A DNA stretch of 64,000 nucleotides from Ramazzottius varieornatus (GCA_001949185.1 BDGG01000001.1:2187324-2251323), one strand, 5' to 3'. Positions 27,860-41,082 are shown, counted from the first letter of the stretch. The notes: generated from the sequence alone by a model not told the origin. Made by a program: numbers and translations.

Positions 27860-28425
27860 TCAACAAAGTTCTCTCGCACTTATGGTCTTCTTCCGAGCCC
27901 TCCTTTCGCGACGCCGGTGTACCGCTTTGCACTGCAGTCGATGGATGACGTAGGATCCCTTTTTGCTGGACCCAATGCTGGTGGGCCTGGTGGCTGTCGA
28001 CGACTCACCTGTAATCCAACGATCCCCAGACTCAGATCAACCCTCCAAGATGGTACTCACGTGATCTGGAAGAGAAACGAAGTATTACAGATGCAGCGCA
28101 GTCCACGAGGGAATGATGGAAGATTGACAAAGAGTCAGAGACTAACACTTTTGACTGGAATTTAGAAAAAAACCCACCACCAGTGGAGTGCTGCTAAACC
28201 TCGCCTCCATCTGATAAGCTAGGTTGGGTGAGCTCAACTTTCTTGACAGCAAAAGGCTTGCCTCTTGAAAGGCATCTTATCTAATGTTCGAAAAAAGGCT
28301 ACCAAACCTGCTAGAATAGCAATCCCATTCACCAAATCAAACGATACGTAGATGAGCGGCACCAGGAAGAACAGGATCAAACAGCGCACATAGATGATCA
28401 GTGTTGCTGAAATCCGGAGCCTCAT
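27860..28425 (-). CDS. Possible small secreted peptide gene with micro-exons
   Basis: A hydrophobic first exon (MRLRISATLIIYVRCLILFFLVPLIY, 28425-28348) is followed by AG/GT-flanked segments of 11 nt (28210-28200) and 5 nt (28065-28061) and a last exon starting at 28008. Confidence 0.3.
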
Positions 28426-29477
28426 GGTTCACCTATGAAAAAGGAAGAAACGGCAGAGTGGTCTTTGATAAAAGGTTCTGCGGCTGCAACAAAAGTTCTT
28501 GAGTACGAACGGTCCATTACTTAGCTTTTTCCGCTCGGTTTTCTGCCTTAACTTTTTCGTTTAGTGCCGTATTTCGCAACCTACGGGAATCAGGTTGAGC
28601 AGCCTTCGGAAAATGTTTTTCTGGCGGATTTTCACTTCGGCGCGTTTTCTATCTTCTTGTAATACAACCCCTTCTGTACTCACCCAGGATCTCTCGCATA
28701 GAATCTATCGAGGTATATGCCTTGGCCAGTCTCAGAAGTTTCCAACGTCGATACATCCAGTACTTCATTCCAATGCGAAGGACTTGAGCTTTGGTCAATA
28801 TTTTCGAACTTGAATTTGAGGATCAGAAGGCTCAGACGAAAGAAAGAAGGCATGAAAGGAATCTTGAAAGAGCAAAGGCAGTCGGCCACTTCTGACAGGT
28901 TGTGGTCTATGACATGACACAACACCATATGATATGGCCTGACCTGACATTCCGTTTTTGCCGCAGCGGCATCGGAGTATGAACGACAGGCAGTTTTACG
29001 GAAAGGTGCAGAGAGTCAAAACTTAGCGAAAATGTTGTAACATCATGCCTGCGTCAGAAATTTGCGAACCGTTGGCAGCCGCATTACTTGATTGCATACT
29101 TCTCGCCTTTGACTTCTGTCGCCGACGCGTAAGCACGGATGGGGCATTATGCCTGATAACTCAGATCAAGCGCGAGTGAGGGAACAATTGCCCAGCTCAG
29201 AGCTGCCAGCGTGCTAAGGGAGCTCTTTTAGAAAGGAGTCTATAAGCGTGTTGATTGGCTGAAAGACTAAGGGAGCCGAGCTCCGCTCTCTTAAACTAAG
29301 GGAGTCGGCCCGGTGTCTTTTAGATTAGCGAAGCTCTGCTAACCGTCAGCTGACGCAACAGACGAGCGCGAAACGAAATTTAAATTTCCCTTTTTAGTTT
29401 TCGTTCTTCTTGCGACTGATTCTGAATTTCTCATCTCATGCTGATTCGTATTCCGATCCCTGTTTTGATTCATAAAG

Positions 29478-31805
29478 ATGTCAGCCCAACTCACAACGGT
29501 TGCACAAAATGTCAAGCTGCCCAGTATCCTCTTGAAACCAAAGCCTGGTCAGACCGCCAAGTCTGGTCAGGCTGTCACATCACTGCTCGTCATTTCGACT
29601 CCCCATCCTATCAAGAAGACCAGAGAAGCATGGTCAACAGCTGCCCAGGAGCACCTACTTTCGTGGATGAAAGAGACTGGAAACTACGACAGATACAGCT
29701 CGGCGAGCAAAGTACTGGATGGAAAGCAGCGAAGTAGCGGCGAGACGAAGGTGTCCATCAGCAAGCAGATTGTTACCTGCCTGGCTGGTGTTGGCGTGAC
29801 CAAGACTGACAAGCAGGTTCGGACGAAGATTACTAGTTTTGAGGACAAGTGGTAGGAGGCTCATCATCTTAAGAGTGGAATGGGCTACGGTCTGACTGAC
29901 GTGGACTCAAAGGAATATCGAGATTTGCAAGGTTCCTGCAGGATCAAAGTCGAGGACGCTTGGCTAAGGCCCTTTGGAATACCGGGATCAACTGGCGGAC
30001 ACTGGCGACATAAGTCTCTGAGACGAACGAGTAGCCTACAGGTCCTAAAGAAAGAGGGGGTGACTCGTGTGACGGATAGGAAAGTATCAGTGGTGGTTTG
30101 TCTGGGAGACTTGTGAAGTGGGATTTTGTATTGAACAACAGGCAGGGCGCCGGCACCATCAGGTTCTCTATCAACTCGAAGTTTAGCTGAACCTGACGTC
30201 CGTTTAAAGTTCCTCGTTAGTCAGACGATAATAATTATTGAGCCATCACGCTACAAGAGACTCGATGGCGATGGTAGTACAAGTGAACAGGAAATAGCCA
30301 CAACGTTATCAGGCAAGAAGAAAAAGCGAGTCCGATCTGCAGTTCCAGCCAAGAAAAAAGACAGAGCAACGGAGCTGTTCGATCTATTAATGGCCACTTC
30401 GAAAGAAGAGAAAGAACGGTCCGAACAACGAAATGCGTCCGCCGAAGAAAGATTTCTTAACACTCTGCGTACGACCGTCCTCTTTGTGGATACAATCACT
30501 CAGTTTTATTCACCTCCCAGTTTTGGCTTTTGGTCTTTCGGGTCTGGGTCTTCTTGTTTGCATGTACCTCGGTCTTCTCACCAGAGCAACACTAATGACC
30601 AGCGGTCAGCAAAACCCCAGCACGCTGGAAATTTTTTCTACGGTTTCGGGTGGTTTTGGTGAAATTTGGTGTTTCGTCTCTTCGCGCGAGACACGTGCAC
30701 GGTATTCGCTTAGAAAAAAACTGGAGCACCGGGGACAGTCTTATCTATCGAAGTCGAACATGGTAAGTTTTGTAGTCATCAGTGCGGTCAGAAGAAAATC
30801 AAGACGACCAGTTCCCCTAGTGCTGGCAACGATACGGTATACCGATATCGTATCAAAATATATCGAATCTTTGCGATAAAATATGCTGCAGATATCGTAT
30901 CGAAAATATCGATATGAAGCTCATATCGACTAACGCAATAAAATTTTCGGCGATGTTGTATCGCGCCACATCGATATATTTTCGATATATCGGTATTTTC
31001 ATGAATGACAAACTCGCCAGTGATATCTCGTTTACAGAAGACCATGGTTGATTTCAGAGCCTTGATTCCGGCCACGGTGTGCCGAGCAAGCGAGCACGTT
31101 CCGGCCATTCGGTTTTGGTACTAATTCTATCACAGTTTCCAACTTTCCATGTATTTGAAGTCTTGGTGTAGTTACGTCTGTGCTGTATCCGAGGCTTTCG
31201 ATCTTACTAACACAATATGTGGAAATCGGCTTATTGAGTTCTTGGGCTTGGACCAGTGGAATCCCGAAAACTAATATTCCAGAAATATCGATATATCGCT
31301 GCGATATAATACGATATATCGAGGTATCGGAAAAATATCGTTTCGAAATTTCGATATCGAATGAATACCGAAGACCGCAATAAAATATCCGCCGATATTG
31401 TATCGAAAAAGATCTTATCGAATTTTATCGTATTTTTGCCAGCGCCAAGTTCTCCCTTTGGAGATTTGGCGTTCATGGCCTGCCAATTATCCGAGTTTTG
31501 AAATTTTGAAAATTGCCTCTTGGTCGGACCAGCCTCCGCAACACGGCACCAGCCAGTAAAATTTCTGTATACACAAAGAGGACGGTAGGATTCTGCAAAC
31601 ATGAAAACGATTGTACTGAAAGTGTTAAAAAGTTCGAGTTCGAAGTGCAGAAGCATAACGACAACCACGAGATCCAGATTAGAGATATGAGCCTTCGCGA
31701 ACGTGAGCTTAAGTTGAGAGAAACGGAAGCGGAAATCAGGGTTGGAATTAATGAAGCAGCTGGCTGAGAAGTTTGAATTCCTTAAATCCGTGAAACTTAA
31801 ACTAA
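29478..31805 (+). pseudogene. Harbinger ORF1 (Myb/SANT trihelix DNA-binding protein with coiled-coil tail), disrupted
   Basis: EAWSTAAQEHLLSWM...KTDKQVRTKITSFEDKW followed by a premature stop at 29853-29855. The coiled-coil RERELKLRETEAE lies after an inserted MITE. Confidence 0.7.
30818..31447. mobile_element. hAT-type non-autonomous element nested in the Harbinger
   Basis: TIRs tagtgctggcaacgatacg / cgtatttttgccagcgcca; 8-bp TSD agttcccc / agttctcc (7 of 8 match); dense subterminal CGATAT/ATATCG repeats. Confidence 0.8.
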
Positions 31806-31879
31806 AGTGATAGTGTTTATTGTTCTCCACTCAATTTCCGAATTTTCACAAGTTTTGATGTAAAGATGAGTGAACACGA

Positions 31880-33100
31880 CTATCGATCCTGCATCGCTCT
31901 AAGAACTGATCTCTTTACGAGTTCTCCCTTTCCTTTTCCTTTGTCAGAGGATTCTCCGCTTGTCTGGGCTCTTGTCCAAGGTCCATCGTCGTTCAGCCAT
32001 AGCTCGTCAAACTCGTCCTGATGTAGGAGGTTGTGCAGTACGCGACATGCTTTGATCAAGTAGACTGCCCACGCATGGTCCTTCTTGCCCTTGATAGCCA
32101 AGCGGATCGACTTTAGACTCTTGAATCATCTTTTCAGTATCCCGATGGTATGTTCTGCTACAAAACGCGCCGTGGCATGGAGGGTGTTGAAGCGACTATT
32201 CTCTGCAGTGTCTTTCGCCGGTTTCTTGTAAGGAGGTACCGTGATTTCGGATACAGGATAAGCACTATTGGCTAGCAGATACTCGTCACCTGCAAAATAC
32301 TTGCAAAACACTTTCTTGCCAGCTTCGAGTATGTGAAGACACGATGGTCGGGCGCACTGCCAGGAAACTCGGCGGAGACGTGACGGATTCTTCTCTGATC
32401 GTCGCAGACAACCATCGCATTCATGGAGTAGTTGTCTTTTCGAGTGTAGTAGCCTTCGCCATGTTGCGCTGGCTTCAAACCAAGTCCAACGAGAGTCCCG
32501 TCCACGAACCTAATACACTCGGGAAATCCATAGCTATCCCGTACTTTTTCCTCTATAGCTACTCGTTCGCCAGGGTTTGGCCAAGAAACTATATCGCTTT
32601 CAAGTGACAGGAGGGCACGAATAACTCCTGGTTTACAGTGGTACTGAACCGTCGCCGACTATGTAACGAGACCCAACTGTCCACAGCGAAGATGCTGTAC
32701 CATCAAAGCCAAGTCGACCAAGGGCCAACATAAGTTGCTCTGCAGGATGTACTTGCTGGAATGCGGAATTATTGTGGAAGACCGGATGATCTTTAATCAG
32801 GTCTGTGATACTTTCGAGCGTTACGGCGAAACGTGACTTCGTTCGAGCTGAAGATAATGTTCAAGAGCTCTTTGGTCTTTGGTGCTCTGCTTCTTTCAGA
32901 AAGTTAGCGTAAAGACTCGATGACTGTTCTAACTACAACCGTCCAGATCGCATCATCGTCAGAGGAGTCATCTTCCATCGACTCAAGTTGACTAAATGTT
33001 TCCGATTCGTCCTCGCAGCTTGAATCCAATATGATGTCACTGATCACATCATGGGCCATCTTCCGGTCGATACTCGTCAGCACCTTCTGTCGATCAACTT
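31880..33100 (-). pseudogene. Harbinger DDE transposase, frameshifted
   Basis: GFVDGTLV, YYTRKDNYSMNAMVVCD, FPGSAPD, YLLANSAYP, RFNTLHATARFVAEHTIGILKR and ACRVLHNL occur in shifting frames. Confidence 0.85.
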
Positions 33101-33908
33101 GTATCGGCAGTTTGAATGACCTGGATAAAAAGGAAACTAGTACTCACGGGAACGGTAGCACTCCCATTCGAATAGTAATCCCATTAAAATAGCACTGCCT
33201 TACCGTCAAGCTATATCAGACGTGAAAATTAGAATTTCCTACGTTAAGCCAAACTTTGCGTCGCAGAAATCACATTTTCATAAATCTTCTAACACCAAGC
33301 TGAAGAATTGCTTTCCGCAGGCTTGAAGTCTCCAGATGTCGCCGAAAACAGCTGGGCACCATGATGCAGTTAATCAATAATCAAAATCTGCGACCGACGT
33401 CACGACACCGATCTGCGTGCTTCGGCCGGTTTAACTTACTCAGACCTAGACGAGCTTCCTGCACGTTTGATTTGTCGATTTTCCTAACGGAGAAACTGCT
33501 CCTCTGGCTTAAGGGAGTCGGCCGATTTAGGTTTGAGCCAGGCTAATAACTTGTTCGTTGGTTTTGGAAACGGGACCGAAAATGCGCGAGTTTCAGAGAT
33601 GAGTTTGTAGACAAACTTTTTCTCCTGACGGGGCCGAAACTCCAGACTTTCTTTCGTCGAGAATATCAGAAATATTCTCTACGAGGTACCAAGAAGCCCT
33701 AGTGAGAACAGGTATCTTGCGATGTGAAGCACACTGGAAGTTGAATCTCGTAGATCAGAATGAAAGTAGTTTCAGGAGACTCGAAGAAAGTTACTCATCG
33801 AAGTATCACAGGAACGTCTGATAACTGGTGAAACGTTCCAGACGACCAGGAATCTCCGCTAATTTAGCGGACACTCCTAGATGAGTCTAAATTTTCGGCG
33901 GCGCTAAA

Positions 33909-34850
33909 CATCTGACTCTATTTCATCTACCGATGGGTGGTACTTCTAGCCTCTTGGCCAACCCACCCAACATTTGTTATGGATTCTTTAGTTTGCGAGG
34001 CGGGTCAACTTGGCCGTTCTGTTGCTGCCGATACAGTATGAGGCTATTACGTGATGCTCGCAGAGTTTAGCAATACAACCTTGCATGCGACTTGATACCC
34101 CATTTTATCCCATGTCAAACCACTTCAGGTGGTCTAACATGGGATTTTCGGGCACGAGCTGTCGTTGCGGAGCTGGTTTTGTTCGTAAGTTTGTGTTTGA
34201 TCCTCTCTGCTGAACTTTGTCCAGTGAAGGGCAGAGTACAACATTAGTCGAGATAAGCTTGTAAATGGAATATGACTGAGGAGAAGCGAAAGTAGGTCAC
34301 AAAAGAAGGAGATAAGGCTATAGCATTGCATTCTAAGTCACAGGGAGTAATTCAATGGTTGGGAAATTGAGATAGGCGCTGCCAGCATCCCAGTTCCCGT
34401 TTTCTTCCCTTTTAGCCTCCATCGGCGGCAACAGTACCCGTTATGGTGCCGCCCTGCGAATTAGAAAGTTAAGTCGAGCATGAATGTGCAGTATCACACA
34501 CGGTTAGCCCAGCGTGTCATTGATTACGTGACTATGTACTCATGGCGCAAAACTGTTTGACTGATTGACAGCTGACCGTTGATTGGCCGGTCTGCCGCGT
34601 GCTCACTACCCGGGACGGATTCGCGCGTACGACTGTGTGGATGATCGTACATACTGAGGAGCAGAGATCCTATCAGTTGATCTTCTCCCGTAGCGGGTTG
34701 ATCAGCTGATCTTAACTTTCTAAAACGGCCAAGTTGACCCACCTCGCGAACTAAGAACTATGGCCGTAAAAGAATCCATAAAAAATGTTGGATGGGTTGG
34801 CCAGGAGGCTAAAAGTACCACTCATCGGTAGATGAAACAGAGCTTAGACG
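33909..34850. mobile_element. Non-autonomous TIR element (~940 bp) with ~110-130 bp imperfect TIRs
   Basis: tttcatctaccgatgggtggtacttctagcctcttggccaaccc...ggtcaacttggccgtt (33921-34018) is mirrored in reverse complement at ~34724-34838. Confidence 0.8.
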
Positions 34851-36739
34851 TACATACGGTACAAACAATGCTTCAACGAAGTCCCACCGTACCTTCACAC
34901 CTCGGGCCATCTTTGACCCTTGCCCCGTCGTTGACGGTCGTTACCTTCACAATAAACAGAAGTCGGATGCGGTGGCTGTCTCCGGGTTATTTCGGGGCAT
35001 GATCGGAAGTATCCACGGACCACGGCTACTTCTTCGGCCGAGCTTTCGAATCTGTAATAAGAAAATGTCAGATGTCAGACAGCAAGAAGGGCTCAAACTT
35101 CTTCGCTCAATGGACAACTGCCGTGGCCCGTGTGACCTCGCGTTCCGCCTCTCGGGTGCCGTCAGCTGCGGCTGCGGATGCCAGCCACTGGCAGCCAGCG
35201 AAAACATGGATGTCGGCTGTCAAAAAGTTCGTGCCATGGTCCGACAGTAGGAAGTGCACCCTTGACAAGTGGCGGTGAAACTTAGGGGTCCACCAATGAT
35301 TTTCTGCTTGGGTGTCCGAAATTTGTTTTGGCGATCAGCTGTCTTTGGGGGGAGCTCCTCTCCTAGGATCATGGCACGAACTTCGTATGGCAAGCGGCAT
35401 CCATGAGCGAAAATGTAAGTTGCGACAGCGGCGACACTCGAAGTACGGGCACGATCTGCTGGCCGACTCCCGCTCTCTCTACAGGCGGCTCCGAAAGGAA
35501 GAACGGTGGGTCTTTACGGTGTTAAGGAGATTTGGTTGAGGATTAAATTAGACTACTGCACATCTAAACGCCTTCGTTGTCGAAGTTCGAATGCCTTTCT
35601 TTCGGGAGGAGCCGTGTGGTTTCATTGGTGATAGCTAGTGAGCTTAGGTATTATACGTACTTCCGTCTCGCACAGAGTATGGTGGCGGAAGAAGTGAGTG
35701 GAAGCTGTTGGCCGTCTTGGCCGAGAGACTTCAGTCTTGAGTTTTGTGTGAGTTCGTGCGGCAGTAAAGTTCCCTCCCGTTTTTCCCAACGGTTTCATCT
35801 GTGTTTCGTCTCTAAAAAGGCTTTGTGCCTCCAAGGACCTTCGGCGACCTTTACCTAGTCAGGTAGCACCGCTCCCGCGGACAGTAGGATAAAGTATCTA
35901 GGATTCGGCCAGTAGCCTCTTCAAAAGGGACTAACGTCGGATCTTCGAGGACTTCTTCCTTTCTGTGGACCGAAGCGAGGTAAGTCGTAAGATTTACAGG
36001 TAGCTAGCGGCGCGAAGTACAGGTGAGGCCTTTGCCTAATATCTTGAAGTGCAGGAAGCTTTGTGGTGCGAGGTTACTGGACATTTGTCCGACATGAAGT
36101 GCAGGGGAATATTGACGTGTGAGTTTGTGTAGGGAAATTACAGCTTGGCCGAGTTTGCCAAGTCCTTTTATTCTATCAATTTAGAGTAACGTCTGAATAA
36201 ATATTCCTCGCTACCGGACGTAGAACTTTGTATCGAGGTGTTCATCGGGAGTTCTACGGAGGCGACTGCCTTATATTTTGAGCCGATATTCTTGGGCATT
36301 TTGCCCTTTGGAGGAAAACCTTTGCAACAACGGCCTGCTTCAGTTTCCTCCATTGAACGAAGAAGTTCGCCCTTATGACCGCTAAAATCAGACTGCACAA
36401 AATTAACAAGAAACTGCGCTTGGAACAAATGGTTTCATCGACGAATCAGCCGAAGATAAACCTTGCGGAAGATCAGCCTTTTGAAACAGGTCGTTGAACT
36501 GGTAGCCACAGTGAGGGAATAAGACTACAGAACCATGCGAACTTGTTCCGAATAGTTTGCCTTGGATACCAGGGCTCTCCATTGATTATAATTGTCCTCG
36601 ATGGAGGATTTCCACTCTTTATCGAATCGACCGGTTATATAGGACTTTGTTCTTGACTTTAGGGGTATTCTTTGAAAGCTTTTGTTTATTGTCGTACTAC
36701 CCACCCATCTATTAACCGTCACTTCACGGAGAAAATGAG

Positions 36740-38480
36740 ATGACCACCAAAGCCAGTCGGGTAAACCAGAAGTCCGTACTCGAAAAATTTGATCCATCTA
36801 CTCGCTCGCCTAAGATAAGCCTTCCGAAACAAGGAACCAAGACCACCAGTATCAATCTTCTTGGAAGGCATCGCTCTCGTTCTATTTTACATACAGCATA
36901 CAACTATAGCCCACTAAACAACAACCTTGTTGATCTTGATAAATCTCTCAAGAAAAAGGAGGATGCGCAACGGAAGCTAGTTCGCTTTAAACGTAATAGA
37001 CGGAAGAGGAAGAAGACCCTCGACCGAGATCGGAGTGATGAGAAGATTGTCAGTCAGCCTTCTCGATGGAATAAGGCTTCCGAAGCGACTGTGAATAATC
37101 GGCAGGTAGCTTTATCCCAGTTTACATATCCCCTCGTTATTTAACACACTTATAGGAGCTTTTCAGGTTAGTCTTTATGCACCGACCGTCTTTATCCCAG
37201 TTTACATATCCCCTCGTTATTTAACGCACTTATGGGAGCTTTTCAGGTTAGTCTTCAAAAACGGAAGGCCTTCCTGGATCGTATCCGCTCGCAAGAGCCC
37301 GACATAGACGAGAAGTGCGTTATTCGAAAAACGGAGAGCGATGATGTCTTGATCCGCCAGAAGCGAAGTATCCTGGCCATGAAGACCCTACACAAAGACC
37401 AAACTCAGGTTATCGACATTAAGAAGATAGAGAATACGGGGGATAAACACAAGCAAGGAGGCAAATCGGGACGTATCGGTCACGGAGGTTTCGGAGAAGT
37501 ACATAACACAGTTCTGACTTCCGGGTATATCGTTTTGAGAAATCAGTGTTTAGGTTACGGCTTGGGAGCTTACGACAGAGCGTGGAGAGGTCCTTCGGGT
37601 CGCAGTTAAGAGCTTCGATCCTGCCGAAGGTGGAAGGAAACTGGCTCGCGCAGAGGCCTCAGTTATGGCTGAGTTCGAGGAGATATTGAACATCAAGATG
37701 TTGTTGTACCTCGTGCCGCAGAGACCCTGCTCTTTTCCTGTTGACTTTCCGGCACCTTCTATCATCATGCCGCTGTTTGAGAGTACGAACTTCATACTGT
37801 ATCTTTCTGGTCCGTAAACAGATGGTTACTGTTGCATGTTTCCACTTTAGCTCGGAACTGTGTGTCGCCTTCACTGCACAATCTGGTCTTCGAGCACTTC
37901 ATCATCCAACCAACCATGGCATGGATTCGTCATATTCTTGTACAAATTCTTCTTTCTGTTGCGAAGCTCCACGCAGCCGGCTGGGCACATGGAGACCTCC
38001 ACGGAGGCAACATCATTCTACAAAGCAGAAAAGTCATCCTGATCGACTACAGTAAAGCTAACCGGAAGAACCGCCCTTATGTCTATTGTCTGGTACGTTT
38101 TCATCACTATATATTCTATGGCGAGGATGCAACCCCACTTCTCGTTTCAGGAACCAGGTATCGACTGGATAAACAAGCTGGACTGGATAGAGCCGCTCGC
38201 GGTGACTGGCCAGAACTGTTGTTCCCGAGCAGCTGATATCTACAGCCTCGGGAAGCTAACAGAAGCTTTCATCAAACTATCCCTTTCCTACACTTCTCGC
38301 CTTCGCAGCAGAGAACGGCAGCATTACATCCGTTTGTTAGCTTTCATGCATTTGTCCTTTCACAGAAGGCAGTTCCGCCCAGACTGCCAGTTCCTGATAG
38401 AAGTTCTTCGTACTAAGGATTTTTCTACCCTAAACCTCTGTTCTTGTGAAGCCGGTTGCGAGATGCTAATGCCACCCTAA
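36740..38480 (+). CDS. Divergent protein kinase, multi-exon; the 5' end may extend to ~35060
   Basis: The spliced frame gives IGHGGFGE|V, VAVKSF, ARAEASV, HGDLHGGNIIL, ILIDYS, DIYSLG and RP of subdomain XI. The kinase exons join without stops. Confidence 0.75.
37110..37255 (+). repeat. Tandem duplication (80 bp period) of an intron 3' end and splice acceptor
   Basis: ctttatcccagtttacatatcccctcgttatttaac.cacttat.ggagcttttcaggttagtctt at 37110 and 37190. Confidence 0.9.
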
Positions 38481-38748
38481 GTTCTAGTTCTCGACGACCT
38501 ATTTTAATTATATTGATCTAAAAAACAGCAAGAAAGAAGCATTTGTTGGTTAAGTTGGTTTCTTGAGACTTAAGAAAACCGAAGCCATGCATTTTCGACT
38601 GGAATGTCGGAATAGTCTGTAAGGCACCAAGCAAAAGGCGCATAATTGAAACCTGAAACCACGATATCAGCACAGGTTAAAAACCATTCCAATATCCGTT
38701 TGAGAATTGAACCTTGCGTACTTTGATAAAATGTGCCGTGGATATTAT

Positions 38749-40617
38749 TCAGATCTTGGTCGTGGAAAACGGTTGCAGTTCGTGGACAGAGTTGAGCACA
38801 ACCGGCGACTCGAAGTGTTTTCCTTCCACGAGGTCTTTCAATCCTTCACCAGCATATGACACGCGCGGAGAAATCTCGCAGACAATCTCCACTCGTTCAC
38901 CATTCACCAAATGGTCCTTCGCATCCACGAAGCTGCCTCCTGCCTTCTCAATGTACCGTCTATGCAGGTCGTAGATCGACCTTCGTGCAGTTGTTGGTGT
39001 ATCCTCAGCTGCAGTGTCAGCGTTCTTCAGGGGCGCGAACTCGTCTTTGCGGATGACTTCCCACACAGCGAACCGTCTGGCGAACTGGAAGACATCAAAA
39101 ACAAACTTCTCCATCTTGATGCCGTTAGGCTTTGTGGGCGCTACCAGGTTGCCTTGACTGTCCACGTAGGAAATTTTCTTCTTGGCGATATGGTACTTCA
39201 GGTTGGGCTCGAGCTCTGTGCAGACTCGCTTAAGGAAGTCCACCGTGAAGAAATGGTTGGCGATGTTACCCGCGTTGAACATCAGGTGCCCATTCGGAAA
39301 AGTCTTTCTCGCCGTTTCTGGCGTTATCTCACTATACTCTACAACCTACAATTCACAAGAAATTTCGCTTTGTAGCCGAGAAGGAGCTTGCGAACTGGGC
39401 GCTCGGCAAACAAACTGGACCGGGCCGTCTTCACCAAGTGGCGCATGTTTTCGAAGATGTTAGCTGATTGCGTGCGCCACTTAGTAGACGACCTGTTCGA
39501 ATTTGCTTGCCGAGCTCTTGATCGTCTTAAAATAGATTTGAAATGATCAAACGGACCTGCCAGACGTTATTCACCAAACAGACGACGCCAACAGGTTCAT
39601 CCGGGCTGCTCTTTTCTACGACTTTATTCCCACATTCCACATCTCGGTTGATACAGTAGCCAACGAAGACAGGATCAGCAACCTTCACTAATATGTTATC
39701 CACCCCAAAGACGTGCACATACTTAATGTTCCTAGCCAGTAAATCATCTAACACGTTCCCTTCGAGCAAAGCACGATACAGTCCACCATTTCCACCAGGC
39801 GCTGCTGCGATCTTTCCTGGAGACTCGAGTATGATCCGTCCTTCAAAATCGAAACACGGAAGCATTTCTTGTTCAAATAATACCACAGAGTCAGCTCGGA
39901 GACCGAAGTAGTTGTGAGCGGCGAAGAAGTCTTGCGTGGTGTGTCGTGTATGCTCGCTGGTCATGATGTACCACTTGATGGTCCCTCGTCGTCCGCATGC
40001 GTGCTCGGACAGATCTTGTAGTCGGACGATTCTTTCTGCTTGGATCTGGTACAGGGTTTTGTGCGAAGGAAGACCCACGTCGTACATGCCTTTTGGATAT
40101 TTCACACCTAGGCGAGTTCCTTGTCCACCTACAATGCACAGGTTAATGACATGACAACATTACAGCATGACATGATGGACAAGTGGTAGCACAGTTATGC
40201 GTGAATAACGTCACTGAGAACCCGTACGCAGTAAGCATAAAACTTATTACGTCACGCACTATGATGGTTCAACAGCTAACCTGCGAGAAGGATGACAGCC
40301 ACTTCATCCCGAGATATAGCCTCCAGCCCCGTCTGTTCAAACTGAGCGAGTTCTTCCGGAGTATTACGGTTAACACCCCCGTAAGAATTTTCCGGGACAG
40401 GCTGCATCAACTTGTCGATGGCCTCCTGTACAGCGTTCTGCGCGGAACGATCATTCGTTTGATGGTACATTCGCTGCACATGCTCCAGATCGAGATTCTT
40501 CAGTGCCTGACCCAGCTCATGCCTCTGCTCCTCGTTTAAAGTGTCCCAGAACTGCAGCAGGTGATCTTGCTTGGATGCGGTTAGGTGCTGGCGTAAACCA
40601 GCCAGGTCGGCGTGCAT
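38749..40617 (-). CDS. UAP1: UDP-N-acetylglucosamine pyrophosphorylase
   Basis: ILLAG|GQGTRLGV.YPKG, APGGNGGLY, VDNIL, VEYSEI, PNGIKMEKFVFDVF, EISPRVSYAGEGL. Confidence 0.96.
39426..39490. repeat. Intronic 27-nt-spacer palindrome, family A (UAP1 intron)
   Basis: cgtcttcaccaagtggcgca-N27-tgcgccacttagtagacg. Confidence 0.9.
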
Positions 40618-41033
40618 GATGACAGGAATCACGGAGTTGCGGAACAAACCGGAAGTCAAATAAAATACAGCGAAGCTTTGTCCCAAGTAGTCTGTGGAAT
40701 CTGCAAAATGATAAGTACTGACTTAGACCTTCGAGTAGCCAAAGCATCCGTTAAGACGGTCAGATTGACGAGATGGTTACGAGACAAGAAAGACTCGTAT
40801 TCATGAATACCACCCGTAATGTGCCACGTAAACGTGAATTGCAACTCGCACCTACTTACATGTTCGTACGGTGACCGCCGCTGTTCTCGTAGTCCTTCGC
40901 CCGGCATATATGACCGCTCGACGAAGCTAGAAAAGAGACTGCCTATAGCGTAGATAAATGCTAACTTTTTGGTTCCTCGGGAAAAGTGGACGAAGTTGGA
41001 ATGAAGGACTCGGGAGTCAGAAATAGGTCGGGC

Positions 41034-41082
41034 GACATGACGTGAGATGACATGATATGACATAACATAACATACCATTATA
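41034..41082 (+). repeat. Degenerate pentanucleotide microsatellite (CATGA/CATAA)n
   Basis: gacatgacgtgagatgacatgatatgacataacataacatacc; similar short tracts occur at ~28910 and ~40147. Confidence 0.6.

Larger units (their letters stand above)
29150..33545. mobile_element. Decayed PIF/Harbinger DNA transposon; ends not defined
   Basis: A convergent pair of a Myb/SANT-like ORF (+) and a DDE_Tnp_4/HARBI1-like transposase (-). The motif taagggag(c/t) is repeated near both ends (about 29215, 29268, 29297 and 33510). Confidence 0.8.
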
